A stretch of 64,000 nt of DNA from Lingula anatina (lineage: Eukaryota; Animalia; Brachiopoda): positions 23,588,934 to 23,652,933 of the forward strand of contig CM120645.1 of the NCBI GenBank assembly GCA_051362555.1, given 5' to 3'. Shown here one piece after another: positions 50,484-64,000 of the stretch. A program made the position numbers and the translations under genes. The stretch's first letter is position 1. Each line of letters starts with the position of its first letter. Under the pieces are notes generated by a model. The model was not told where the DNA came from, made no database searches, and saw only the letters and a program-made list of their open reading frames with translations.

Positions 50484-51498
50484 TAAGACAAATCCAAGTT
50501 TTTTTACAGTGGCAATTCAGTTTTCTGATCGCACTATCCTGTGTTCAAGTTGTCCAAAAAAAGGCAAACTCATCTCTATTTCTTACTTGACCACCATCTT
50601 TTTCAGACTCTGGTACCAGAGACAAAATCTGTTGTCTGTCAAAGAAACATGGTCAAGTTTTTGGGTCCCTGGTTATCGACTTGCGATAGACCTGGCAAAA
50701 TGAAACATTTTACACCCAGGTGAAGATCAAAAAAGTATCTTGGAAAACAAGATTACTTTAAGATGAAATGAAACTCAGGGTATTTTACTCCAAACTCAAA
50801 AGAATTAAATGTAACTCCCATGAGCACACTTGTGCCACAACATGAATTTACACAGTGTTTTCATATTAGCTTAGATCACACAGTCCTAGCTCCTACTCCA
50901 CCTAGTTAATTTGCAGATCTTCCATAAATGTTCATTATTCAGTTGGTGGTTGACAATAAATAAAATCTAATACTTGAAATACGACTCTTAAAGCTCAGGC
51001 GTAAAATGCGGCAAGCAAATGGCATTTGTGCACCTCAGATTTTTATAAAGCACAGAGAAAAACAAGTGAAGGAGAGGAGAGGAAAACTGAAATTAAAATG
51101 ATGCTGGACTAAATAAGCCCAGTTGCTAATAAGGCATCCCTGGGAAGATCCAGCCACTGAAGAAATCTCATTCATCATAAGCTCTTAATTTGAAAATAAA
51201 TGAGACATTTCCCAGTGACCTGGAGGCTGACAGACACAAGCCTGGCCTTCATTTTATCATTAGACTGAACAGGTCTCTCAGCTAGGTGGACATGTGCGTA
51301 CTGTTGGGGAGAGACAACAATGAACATTTCCATTAAGCTAAATCAATAACATGAATTTGTACTGTCGCAGCAAATTTGCTTCTATTCAATGTTTCTATAA
51401 TTCATAGCCCATGCTCATGGCAGCTTAGGTATGGAGGTGTTCTTAATTGCTCTCTGGTCTGGCACCAAGTATGGGTGGTAGAATCCAGGTAGAGCAGC

Positions 51499-51896
51499 TG
51501 GTGGTGGCAGCAGTGGGACCTTATACCACAGTGGTGGTGGCAGCAGTGGGATCTTATACCACAGTGGTGGTGGCAGCGGTGGGACCATATACCACAGTGG
51601 TGGTGGCAGCGGTGGGACCATATACCACAGTGGTGGTGGCAGCGGTGGGACCCTATTATATCACAGTGGTGGTGGCAGCGGTGGGACCTAATACTACAGT
51701 GGTGGTGGCAGCGGTGGGACCATATACCACAGTGGTGGTGGCAGCGGTGGGACCCTATTATATCACAGTGGTGGTGGCAGCGGTGGGACCCTATTATACC
51801 ACAGTGGTGGTGGCTGCGGTGGGACCTTATACCACAGTGGTGGTGGCAGCGGTGGGACCCTATTATACCACAGTGGTGGTGGCTGCGGTGGGACCT
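51499..51896. repeat. GC-rich minisatellite, 30/33-bp unit, about 13 copies
   Basis: Unit GTGGTGGTGGCAGCGGTGGGACC(cta)(t/a)TATACCACA; explains the four overlapping repetitive ORFs. Confidence 0.95.
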
Positions 51897-52914
51897 TTCC
51901 TGCATTTTTCTGATGGTGTTGGCTCTCAACAACATTGTCAACAGTGCTCACTCTGCAAACATTTTCTTTCTTTTTTTTTTTTTTCAAAGAGGAAAAGAAT
52001 ATAATCAACCATACTTTTTATTAACTCTCTCAACTAAACTGATGAAGACAGATGTGTCAAAAAATTTTTCAGAAGGATAATGTTGTTACTGAAGAGGGGC
52101 CGGGATATTCTGCAATGACCTTTTCAGATAATAACCGATTCTGGTTTTTGTCCTAAAACTCCATTCCACACCAAAACTTCCACAGGGCTATATTAATAAA
52201 ACAGATATGAGGAAATGATCAGCATTTGTGAGAGGAAGAGTGCACCTGTTATAATCTTATTCACCATTTCCTATTTCTCGAATATGATACAACCACCACC
52301 CAGTATTATTACAATATAATGCTTCAATAAAACACTTGGCAGTTCCAGCAAAACAGAGAGTTCCATGGAAAATAATACTTCAGTTTGAGAGTACATTTCT
52401 GTCATCTTATCCAATGTCCTTTTTTTTATATTACATTATTTACCTGTTCAGGTGTGCAATAAAAGAGACAAAAATCAATACTGTCCATTGATCACTGCCA
52501 AGTTTCTGACAGTTTTATCAATTATCTTTTAAATGTTTTGATTTGAACAATTTTATCAATTGCATGTTTCTTTCATCTGTTTTTCATCAACTACTTTCAC
52601 TGAAAATATTTTCATTTTTCAATAGGAGAAATAGTCATTTTCAAAAAGAAGAACACATCAAACCAGATAGTACCACAGTACCAATGGAGTACTGGTACTT
52701 AACAATGAACACACACAAGCATGTATCTGCATGTGCATGTACGTTCATGATACATCCCCACTTGCATGCATGCACACCCACTAACACATACACATTCATG
52801 CACACTTTCAAATAATCATCACTACAGCTATGAAGACCTATCCCTTAGTGTTTCAAGCGTTGTTTTGCCTTGGAAGGCAAAGCTGCCCGAGAATACCTAG
52901 TAGTTATATTCAGA

Positions 52915-53346
52915 GACGATGAGCAATATGATATGACACAAACACCTGCCAGTTCAGAGATCTTCTGGGACGATGAGCAATATGATATGACACAAACACC
53001 TGCCAGTTCAGAGATCTTCTGGGACGATGAGCAATATGATATGACACAAACACCTGCCAGTTCAGAGATCTTCTGGGACGATGAACAATATGATATGACA
53101 CAAACACCTGCCAGTTCAGAGATCTTCTGGGACGATGAGCAATATGATATGACACAAACACCTGCCAGTTCAGAGATCTTCTGGGACGGTGAGCAATATG
53201 ATATGACACAAACACCTGCCAGTTCAGAGATCTTCTGGGACGATGAGCAATATGATATGACACAAACACCTGCCAGTTCAGAGATCTTCTGGGACGGTGA
53301 GCAATATGATATGACACAAACACCTGCCAGTTCAGAGATCTTCTGG
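52915..53346. repeat. Minisatellite, 54-bp unit x 8
   Basis: Unit GACGATGAGCAATATGATATGACACAAACACCTGCCAGTTCAGAGATCTTCTGG with three single-base variants. Confidence 0.96.
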
Positions 53347-53746
53347 GAGAACAAATCATGTTGTCAGGAACATGAAGGAATGCTAACTGCAACCACTGAC
53401 TCCGAGAGCATTAGGGTCCTGAATTGGTGTATCTCTCTCGCTTGTGCAAAGGAGCATGCGCACATATTCAAGCACACACACACACACTATAGACAAAAAG
53501 ACACAGACATATACATACAATACACAAACACACGTGAAAAGCCTATTTGTATTTCTTTACTTGACAGATGGTCAAATTTAAGGGTGAAATGAACAAAAGG
53601 TTGACCTTTTTACAGAATACTCATCTACAGAAAATGGCGAGTAGGTTACGATTTCTGCTCCGTTTCCTTGTCAATCCAGCTGTCATATGTCTGTTATCAA
53701 GTGCAAAGACTCAACTTCCTGCACCGAATAGTGTCAAGTACAGTTA

Positions 53747-53921
53747 CGCCACATTCAGAACAGTGGACTAGCTAGTCCAAGGGTCAAATATGACAACCCA
53801 CTACAAAGCTTGCCGTCTAATCCGCTAATAGACACTGAATAGATTCCCCATGGAAAAGTATTCAAGTGGGTAGGCCATATTTGACACTTAGACTAGTTAG
53901 TCCCTTATTCTGAATGAGGCC
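53747..53921. mobile_element. Harbinger-like foldback MITE
   Basis: tta|CGCCACATTCAGAA...GGACTAGCTAGTC...GTCAAATATG with mirror CATATTTGAC...GACTAGTTAGTCC...TTCTGAATGAGGCC|tta. Confidence 0.75.
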
Positions 53922-54786
53922 TTAGACTCAATTGCAGACATGGTTATAACGGATTTCTCAGAAAACAATGCATGCGGTGTGCAGAGGTTAGCTGTCAAAG
54001 TTTCCAAGAAGGTAATTTGCCAACTCGATTGAACTCTTGTTGTTCTTGTTATTGGGTGTATTCCGTAGGTCAAACCCTACCACATGGGGTTACATTGGGA
54101 CAAATTTCTATCTAATCTAGCTTTATTTCCACGACAAGAGAACTAACCCGAGTATTTTTTTCACTTTCTGTAAAAATTGAAAGGAACTGCACAAGACCTG
54201 CTAATTTCCCATCAATTTCTGAGAAATTCAACGCAAATTAGACGTGCACCTAACGTGTCGCCAGACCTCCCAGCAGGCTTGGCTTCTTCCTGTTTTTGTC
54301 GAAGTTAATCAAGAAACCATCTGCTTTCATTTCCCTTCTTCACATTTCAACTGATTAACCACATACCATCTTATACAAGACTAACAAGATACTCCACTAG
54401 TTTCAGTTCAGCCGACCCAAGAACTTCTTTCTCATTTATCATTGCATGCACTGCCCGCTCATACACTAATTTATCTGTCAATATTTTTTGGTTTTCCTTC
54501 ATCTAAAATTCTACCACAGGTATTAGATTTAACTAATAAAGGAAAAAAACAATTACAGACCAAGCAAATAACCTCCATTTTTTCTGTAAACAATTGGCAT
54601 CATTGCATAAAGATGCAATTTGATATGATATCAATATCCTGTTGTCTTCAGGTCTGCATATCAAAACACAATTTTTCCTTCTACTCAATATCCAATTTTT
54701 CCAGTAATCCAATGGAAAAAATGGCCCAAGCAATCAATTATATTGTGCTTCTATGCTTAAGTAAAGCCACCTTTGCTATTGGGCAA

Positions 54787-54827
<41 letters not shown>
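54787..54827. repeat. (AAT)n microsatellite
   Basis: Read directly; (AATT)n at about 36867-36900 and (TTTA)n(TTA)n at about 55096-55146 are also present. Confidence 0.95.
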
Positions 54828-54830
<3 letters not shown>

Positions 54831-55114
54831 GGTTGCATAATCTCCCAAAAACATTTTCATCTAAAACGCGGGTGAGGCATTCCTGTTTGAAGACTGAATG
54901 TGAAGAAGCAGTGGTATGTTAATCACTTTGTGGATTTGTTGACAGATCAATTAACCCTGACAGAACTGGGTTACCTTTCTACTGGATTCAAGAGAACCCC
55001 ACACCTATACCATTGTACCTAAAGCTGGAGCATTTTTCTTCTAAGCTGATATTTAAGTGACTTTTCTTTTTAAAAATTTCAACATCTTTATCTATATTTA
55101 TTTATTTATTTATT

Positions 55115-55146
<32 letters not shown>

Positions 55147-56635
55147 CAATAGACCATTTGATGTTCATGTTCTGTCACCAATGAAACAAATTTCAGCTAT
55201 CTTCCTTCAACAAAACTAAAAAAACTGTCAATAAATAACATTTTAGTACAGCTTCACTAATATAAATCACAAATCTGATTAATCCTTCGCAAACCCTCTT
55301 TGTTTTCCATCTCATATTTATATATTCCCAGCTTTCAAATTCAAAAGATTTCCATTAGGGTCCAATTCCAACCTCCAGCTCCCAGAGAGGTAGACCCCCC
55401 ATGGGGAAAAGAGAGAGTGCCAATCAGATACTGCGGTAGTAATAAGTAGTTTTCTGCTCTAGTGACTTTCTGGGCTTATCCGCCCAGCAAGCATACTCTA
55501 GGAACATTCATCAGCAGTAGTATAGGGCCACCTTTCCATCTCCAGCTCGAGAGTTGAAGTGGAGAAAATATGTAATTCTGTGACGCACCTTGGGGGGGGG
55601 GGGGGGGGGGGGGACATGGGACCTGATCACAATAAACAAACCATGCTAATTAGTATTGGACATCATGTGAAACAGGAAGCAGATCAGTATTTCACTCCAT
55701 TATGTCTTTGTTTAATACTGCTGTACAAGGTACAAAAAAATTTTGTTTTTGACAGTTTTAGTAAAAAGAAATGTGTTGTCTACAAAACATACTAGCTGTG
55801 TCTTTTAGCCAGTGACCCAATTATGAACGAGTTACAGTAAATTCCTGTTGTTTTTGTTACTTCCAAACCGCGTAAAAATTTTCCCAGAAAGAAATGTGGT
55901 GTCTACAGCAAACAATTTTATGCCCTTGTCTCTGGTACCCAACAAAATCTGGTATTCGCTGCAACGACACTGCAAGTCCTTGATGGCCTTGACCCCAATG
56001 ACGGTTATACTAGCGAGCTGGAGAAGAGTCATAAGATGTAAGACGAGATGGAACGATGGAATAATATCACATAATTATATACACAAACAAATCCTACAGG
56101 AAGCATTGTTACCTGCTTACATAAGCCAACACAGACATGCTGAAAACTTGTAAAAACAGCCAGCCATTCAAACTAGCAAACAGTTGCGAAAAAAAATCTG
56201 CGAAAAAAAAGGACTCTTTGCCTAAACCACGTCACAACTGTAGTCTTTACTAATGCCACATTGTCCCAGAGAACTCCCAACAAATTGACTAAAATAAGTA
56301 TAATCCTCACCACTCACAGAATTGTATTCTGAAGCTCCATGGGAATATGAAAAACATCCATCTCGATATTGATTGCCTAATTACAGTTATTTTGAGTGTA
56401 ACATGGCACAACATTGCCAGCAGGGAAAGAACCTGTTTAACCACGGAGCTGACTGACCTTAAAAATATCAATTCAATGTAGTGTTGTCAATGCGCATTAT
56501 TACACAAAGATAGGACAAACATTATGGAGGCTCCACCTTAATCTCCTTTATTGTATGTTTTTCTTCAGGTGTGTGTGGGGGCATGCATATATATGTGAAG
56601 TGCGTGCGTGTATGTGTGTGTGTGCGCGCACGTGC

Positions 56636-56674
<39 letters not shown>

Positions 56675-57660
56675 TGTGAACATGAAAGGGGAGAGACAGA
56701 GGGGGTGGGAGAGAGAGAGACTGCCCTTCTTCCAAAATGAGCAACCTAAGCTTGAACACTTCTTTCAGTTGCTTCACTTTATTAGCAATAAATGATTACC
56801 AGGGGACAGTGTTACATGGTGCAATCTCAAGAGAAGAAATTCAATTCCAATTCTATGCAAATGACATTGTTTAACAATTTACACCTCTAAACCGACATAC
56901 CATTTACATGTAGAAAGTGGAAACAAATGTATCGAATTACTGCCCAATTATACACTGGCTATACTGGTGGAGACGCCCACCAACCTATTTACGTTATCAG
57001 ATCAGAAACTTCTGCAATCTCTCTGAAACATTCATGGAAGACCTCTTAGCTACAACATATAGGATCTTGTAAAGTACATCATTTCTTACTTCTGATCACA
57101 TTGACCCTTTCTTTTTATTCTTATTTTCTTTAAGTTTAATCAAAAAAGCAATCTGAAAATCTTTTCTTAGTTTAGAAATTGACTATTTAAATTATTGGTC
57201 AATTGCATATGGATCTTGTAATAATGAAAATAATTTTAAATATATTTCATATTTCAATCAAAATCATCTCCTTCCATGACCTCCAAGAAAAAAAAACTTG
57301 GTTAACAAAAAAGAAACAACCAACAAATTCCCAATCATTGGTCTGCCATGTCTCATCACCACGCTGTTTTATTTCCACTGTGACTTCCATCTCAGTTCAC
57401 TGAGTACTAAGCATGGCCAGTAATAAGAACTACAGAGATCTTTATTCCCACCAGACAGTGGCTATTGAGATGATTTCATGCTTTTAGTTGATTAAGATGA
57501 ACTGGTAGACTGATCATGCTTGCCAATTTTTGAGGCAGAAACATTAAAAAGTTACTCGTCACATGACATACTTCATGAATGGACCGACAGCTGACAGCCT
57601 CCATTTGGAGCCATCTTGGATGATTTTCATTTCTCTCTCTCCTGTTCACCATAGTTGAGA

Positions 57661-57830
57661 CAGGGGTGGAATGAGGCAGTCTTCTGGGTCTTCGGGAAAA
57701 TGGTCATATTTTCAAGTTTACATTGACAGGCATATAATTTTTTTCTGCAGGAATACGGTCAAAAATGGAGAACAGATGATGAAAATATAATTTGGAAGAC
57801 TGTCAGAAAATATCTCTGGATCCGCCCCTG
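57661..57830 (-). mobile_element. hAT-like MITE family A, copy 5 (inverted)
   Basis: CAGGGGTGGA...CTGGATCCGCCCCTG; reverse complement of copy 4; TSD degenerate. Confidence 0.85.
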
Positions 57831-58825
57831 TGAAGGTCAACTTGTCAATGCAGCATACTAGTATGAAGATAGTCACCTTGATAACATAGCTCTACTGTCA
57901 TCTGTATGGTCAAGACAGTAGAGCCATTATCATACGAAAGATAAATATCTGCATTACAAACAGGCTCCTTGTCAACAAGCCAGTGGGCAGTTAACTACAG
58001 GAGAGGTCACATGAGAAGTATAAATGATTATTGTCTTTTTTCCATGTTGTACCTTGATATCATTTGGTCATACATGCACTAGTTCATGTCAACCGCGACT
58101 GCTGTCCAGATTCCGTGGCTCGGCAGTGACTGGTGGAATATTTTCTAGTGACAGAAAAATGAGAAATATCGAACTGCCTGTTGCCACTTAATCATTGATC
58201 TGACCAAAATGTCTGATTTGCCAGGAGCAAAAGATATGTTTCTATGACCCCAACGTCTTTATCTTCTCTTTTGTCTTTTTTATTTTATCAAATTAAGTGT
58301 ACATAGTGTTATGCCTATCTGATCCTGGGAAGTTATTATCTATAATACTGCTCTAGGCATACAGGCTCTTGCATATTTCTTTCCAATCCATCAATCTTTA
58401 ATAGTACAATACCGGGAGCTGCAGCATACAGTCTTCACACTGACAGAGTTCCGTGCTCAGAATGAAAACTGGCTTTGTTGAAAATTTTCAACTTGTGAGA
58501 TTGAATTAAGCTGAAACTTGAAACATACAGAAGTTTAAGATGCATTTGAAGTCAATTTTTGTCATTAAAGGCAACCAAATGTTAAGATATAGTGCCAAAT
58601 AGAACAACTTAGAGAAATACCAAAGTACATCATTTCATATTACCGTAAAGTAATATTTGAAAGGATTTTTCTGCTTACAAAATTCTGTGCTTTTAATAAA
58701 TAGAGCAGAGCAGATAAGTAGGTCAAATTTACAAAGAAAATTTTGAAGAAGGCGCAGTTTACAGCTCTTTTATGACTTATCCACTGATTTATTCCATTCC
58801 ACCCTTGACTTGTCCAGTGGTATAA

Positions 58826-59040
58826 GACTGCATTCCCACAGATTTAGATCGGTCCATCTGGATCGACCTAACTCCCTGGGGGTTCACGCTAAATTGCTAT
58901 CAGCCGAGCACGCACGGAAGTTAATTACCCCCTTACAGCTTGTAGTAGGAGGGACAGACATTGAAGCCGGCTAAGCTGACAGTAATCTAGTAAGACTCCC
59001 CATGGGGATAGATCAATCTAAAATCTGTGGGAACACAATC
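58826..59040. mobile_element. Harbinger/Tourist-like foldback MITE, family B
   Basis: taa|GACTGCATTCCCACAGATTTAGAT ... ATCTAAAATCTGTGGGAACACAATC|taa. Confidence 0.8.
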
Positions 59041-61084
59041 TAAGAAACTAGTAGTGGGTCATATGCGTTACTGGGAATCCACCCTCCAGAGGTTCAAATG
59101 TTTCTTTGACTTCTGTATCCAAATGAAAAGATAAAAAGAACCTTCCACTCGACATCACTCACAGCATGTGGAAGAGTAGCCTCCTCCATTAGCCAGCGGT
59201 CTCTTTATAACAGCAACAAGAGTAGTCATGTGCAAAATATTTAATCTTGTTTACAATAAAAAAAAACTTCTAGGTGTAATCATGCTTTCACATTCAAGTA
59301 AAGTTGATGCTCTATAGTGGTATCATGTAAAAGGATTTCTCAACAGGTAAGCTTTCCTTCAGCGTGTTCCTTTAATGTGTGCGGAGGTGGATTTAATGAC
59401 ACTGACAGGTAACAAGTTCACCAGTTAATGGACTGAATTTCTGTAAGACAGGTGCTCATGGGACCAGGAAACGCAATACTCTTTGTCCTTTCCGACACAA
59501 ATTTTCCACTATCTCCAACGGTGCAAAAATAATTCCATTATGAACAGGTACAACATACTGTAAGTCTGTAAAGGTATCTACAAGAGACTTACTGATATCA
59601 TCAACACAAGACGAACCTTTAAAAACATATTTCCCCATAAATCACTGGATATCATGCACAACACCAGAACACCATTAAGCTAAATAAAACTGACTACACA
59701 TTAACAACAAGCTCAAAAATCTATAAGCTGACATCTTGGTTAAGCCTGCTATGTGCAGCCAAGCGAGATGGCAGGTTTCCAGCTATCTAGGTTTTCTCTC
59801 TGACTTGTTTCTTTTTTAGCTCTGCCTGATGGCAGTAATAGCCAATCAATAGTTGTGACCATGAACAGGTTACTTGGGCTACATGGAGTTGATGTGCGAG
59901 AGTTGAAACACCCAAGTTTACCTGGCTCTTTTACCTGTGTACAGGTGTTACATTATTACATACCTGTACCTCACAACTCACTGCAAGTTATACCTGTGGG
60001 CAACTTATTGTTTGGCTTTTTATGAGGTAATGCGAGGGCAAATATATAGGCACGCATACATGCGACACAAAGCCTCGAATGCATATCTTTACATGTGCAC
60101 GTACACACACACACACACACACACACTGCTATTTCTCACTTTGATTAAATCTGAGGATTCAAATCGCTGAGGAATCCTTCAATACTTCATATTTTTCATA
60201 ACTGCCAGTGCAAATGTCCACCTGTTTTTACAAAGTTCTCGGCTCGCCTACGGAGGTCCGTATGGCAGATTTTGTTCCTGTGTCTCTAAAGAATCCCGTC
60301 ATTTTTTATTATCGCCATGAACCGCATGGGTCGTATTATTAACACAAATGGATATGTGTTAAGGCAGGTGCTGATCAAGTTGCCATTGTGAACCCCACGT
60401 TACACCCACTATTTCAGGGAAGTGTCAGGGAATCTGTAGAAAAACATGCTTTTCTACAGGAGTCTCTGTAAATGAGTCAAGTCAGGCCATTCTGCAACAA
60501 AATCAGCGCAGATGTAAAAGATCCTGGTTCCATTTACATCATCATTGCAACTAAATGTGCTTTGAGCAGGTCTGTGCGTAGGACAGTTTAATAAACATGA
60601 GTGAAAGGGAAAAGGAAGATATTAGGAGAGAAATTAAACATCAGCCATAAGAGAGAAATAATGTGAAAGACATTTACAATTACATTACAAACTAAATTAC
60701 TCAAATTAAAAGGTGCCCCTAATCTTTTTTTTTAATAACATGTATTCATTTGCATAAATCAAAATAAGTGCTAGAGCAAAGTATGTTACAAGGATGTATT
60801 TTAAGAACTTTCACACCTTGTAGAAAATGACGCTATGACGTCAAGGCCAACGGCTGTTGCAGGATGCTAACAGGCAGGCTTTGATATAAATATACCACAA
60901 TGACATTGTCAATCATTATGTTCTAATAATAAAATAAGTGTTGACATCCAAACCCCATCATATCTACAGTCAAAAACTGTACTAGCATCTCACTGGGTAC
61001 CACTTAGGTATAGGTGAAAGTTGTAAAACCGGGAAAAAAACCTGAAAAACATACCTTGCAATTTTTTATCATATTACTAGTACA

Positions 61085-61227
61085 TGTTTTCAGGATTATG
61101 TCTGATTTCAGGACTTAGTCTTCATTTTGATCCCTTTTTACATATGGTCATTTACTGTCATTTATACCATATGAAAAAGGGATCAAAATAAAGACAAAGT
61201 CCTGGAATCAGGCACAATCCTGAACAC
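61085..61227. repeat. Long imperfect inverted repeat (foldback), ~65-bp arms
   Basis: TTCAGGATT...ATTTTGATCCCTTTTT...CATATGGT versus ACCATATG...AAAAAGGGATCAAAAT...AATCCTGAA. Confidence 0.8.
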
Positions 61228-61386
61228 TTTCCACCATGCTTAGGGCACTTAACATGCCTGAATATAATGTTGATACACAAAGTCATACCTAAATCTACCA
61301 TCACAATGAATTGACTTCCTTAATTCTCCCTTTAACCCAAACAATGGCATTCCCTCCACCACACCCACATATATTGTACAATCTAA

Positions 61387-61599
61387 GACCTCATTTCCAC
61401 AGACTGCATCATGGATCGAACCAACTCCGCGGGGACTCGCGCTGACTGCAAACAGTTTTACTGAATGACACAGAAAAGCTGGGTGATTATTTGAGTACGC
61501 TGGAAACAAGAGGAGGCTGAGAGCTGATTGCACTTGGCGAGAGTCCATGCGGAGTTGGGTCGATCCATGTGGAATGATGATGTCTATGGGAATGGAGTC
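61387..61599. mobile_element. Harbinger/Tourist-like foldback MITE, family B
   Basis: TAA/TAA TSD; arms CATGGATCGAACCAACTCCGC / GCGGAGTTGGGTCGATCCATG. Confidence 0.78.
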
Positions 61600-61818
61600 T
61601 AAGTTTTATATCATCTTTGACATGATATCTTCCACTCAAGGCCCTCAGACATGGCCAAGATGTATCAGGTTCAGCAGTAGCTGATAAGCATTTGATACAC
61701 TCGTTATCTTGAGGCTGGGTTTATGAAATAAATCAGGGAGTTTGCCCTGGCATTTTCTACGCTGAATAAGAACACAGTGGATTAGCAAAGATGGATTTCT
61801 TCTAAGCTACACCACTAA

Positions 61819-62068
61819 GGGACCATTCCCAGACCTTATCATACTAATTGTGGATTGATTTATCTCCAAGGGGACTCTCGCTAAATTGCAATCAACTTAA
61901 GCAGCTTAGATGTCTTTCACGCCTTCTGAAGCTGCTAGGGGGTATTTATCATTTAGCAGCTTCAGTAGGTGTGCCAGACACCTAAGCTGTTAAGCTAGAG
62001 CAACTTAGAGAGAACCCCTTGGAGATGGATCGATCCTGTTAGATCGATCTAGGTATAGGAACCCAGTC
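61819..62068. mobile_element. Harbinger/Tourist-like foldback MITE, family B
   Basis: Shares ATCTCCAAGGGG...GCTTCAGTAGGTGTGCCAGACA...GAGATGG(A/G)TCGATCCTG with 45338-45595. Confidence 0.75.
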
Positions 62069-64000
62069 TCAGATTGTCCTATGAAACAGATATGCTTCTT
62101 TTTTATGAACATGTACTAGTAAGAATTTCTTTCCTTGCTGTCACGTCCCTGGCAGTAACAGCAGCATGGGAGGCATCATTTGCCTCAATAAGTATGATTA
62201 CACACGATGTGTGCTTAAACTACTATCAAAAGGTTACACGGGATTTCTGTGCGTTTTCACAATCGCCTTGACTCACTCCAGTATGAATCAACTCTCTCTA
62301 ATCAATGATATTAATTCAACCAGGCTGATGTAATGCAATTCTTTTTTTTTTTTTTTTTTCTTTTTTTCTGGGGCCCTTGTTAATGAGTTGAGTGGTAAAC
62401 GTGATAGGGCTTAACTGTGTCTGCTTTTTCAGAGAAAGAATAAAGGTCGTATCAGCGTAAGACCAGTAAATGGAAAGTGTATAGTTTTAAGATAAGCAGG
62501 TAGTGTAAGGTGGGGCCTACAGGTGAATACTGTTTACAGGGAGATGCTATGGATACAGTTAGGTGTACTAGTATACAGGTGGGGGGAGCAGTTACCTACC
62601 AGGAGAATTTCCTTCAAGACATGGGGAGGGGGGGGGGATCTGTACACATAACATTTTTAGCGCAACAGTTTGTCCAAACTTTTGGCCTCAAATATTGGTC
62701 TAAACTTTTAGACCCATAAATTTGGTCCAAACATACAGACTCAAAATTTGGTCCAAACTTTTAGACTCAAAATTTGGTATACTTCAGTTCAATATAATTC
62801 AGCAGTTAATATTAGTCTAAAGCAGCCACACCTCTTCTGTTATCAAATAGGCAGAGTTTTTCACTCCAAATGGACCCCTGTCCATTTATCTTGTGTCATG
62901 GTTGAAGTTTAGACCAGTTTCCATGGAAACAGCTCTTCTGTGAATTAGCCTGACCTTCTTATCCTCTTCCCTCGCCTGTCATTTTTATCTACCTTTTCTC
63001 ACCTGTGCTTTGTTTATCTACCTGTTTTCACCTAGACTTTGTTTATCTTTTCTTAATGTATCTTCACACTTTGCATGTCCCAATACACTTCCATATCACG
63101 GCAGCATTGAGTATTTATTTTCAACATTATTTTCACAAAGTTTCTGTCTTAAGATATTGGATGGTTTGGTTTGTTTTGCTTGGCAATCTTGGAGCTAATT
63201 TTCTGCTGACCATAACATGTCATCTGTGCAATATATGTTAAAATATTAATCTTAATTACACATGCTGGGCTCTTGCATACCTCATTAGTTTTCTTTTTTT
63301 TTCCATATGTATCCCAGGACTCTAATTATGACCATCGCAATAAACTGAGTGTGATATGTGTGAATACTGAGTTAAAGACAAGTGTACAATCATGTCACTG
63401 TAAACAGACACTTGAATCCCACCACAAGCATGCAGGATTTAGAAAATCATGACAAGAGAAACGACTGCATGTTTTTTTTTTTTTTTCCTTCACGGTTATC
63501 AAACGCTGACAAAGCCCCTGGTTTGTGTGGTTTGTGTGGAGTTATTCTTCTCTACAATTACCTCCCGTCTCTTAACTGCTGTGAATCATAGGCTCAAATA
63601 TCATTTCAATCTCTCCCCCCCACATGTCACGAAACTGTGCTTTTTCTTCTGATCTATACTGTATCAAGTTACTGCTGGGGGTGGGATCAAATGGATGAGT
63701 TAGGGGTGGGAGGATTTCAAGGAGGGGGGGAGTGTACCCCCCCAAACTGCAATGGCAATTCAAGAAGATGGCCTTGTAAGTAGCATTCCCATTTATCCTT
63801 CAAAAAATGCAGATGCTTTAACCCTTGCGTCAAGTACTATAACTAAAGCCACTTAAAGAAGCAAGTTGACTGTAAAAAAAGTATTTGGCTCTGAAAGGAA
63901 CTGAATAAAGTGTCCTCTTTCAGTATGGAGTACAACCAGTTTACCTGAGCAGCAAGGTGTTTCCTAGCAGCAGGGGGGAGGGGGGAGATGGGCCAGAAAA

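Noticed and set aside
46900-64000. Nested gene or structured RNA gene (tRNA, snoRNA, snRNA) in the long upstream CaMKI region
   Set aside because: No phase-consistent exon chain or recognisable RNA gene by eye; an Infernal/tRNAscan run would be needed to exclude one.

Overview
Eukaryotic, AT-rich, intron-rich animal DNA; the repeat types suggest an invertebrate, plausibly a mollusc or other lophotrochozoan (inference). Most entries in the ORF track are exon fragments or noise. I traced four spliced genes by hand with phase-consistent GT-AG junctions. (1) The 3' half of a DOCK3/DOCK4 (DOCK-B) Rac GEF on +, 19 exons, stop at 11213, with one U12-type intron. (2) A complete ATRIP-like gene on -, 12 coding exons, about 918 aa. 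(3) NDUFB11 on +, 3 exons, 156 aa, head-to-head with ATRIP. (4) CaMKI on -, 9 coding exons at 32845-46340, with the first coding exon not securely located. Between NDUFB11 and CaMKI lies a 3.9-kb Helentron-like non-autonomous element. It carries a 146-bp satellite with 4-mer higher-order structure, a nested palindromic MITE and an 817-bp duplication of its 3' end. Introns hold hAT-like MITEs with 5-bp TSDs, Harbinger-like foldback MITEs and minisatellites. I found no convincing novel protein-coding system. The best leads are regulatory: degenerate tandem echoes of exon ends plus splice donors in two genes (one forming an RFX X-box array), the U12 intron, a DR1-rich satellite, a uORF mimicking the ATRIP start, and candidate microexons.
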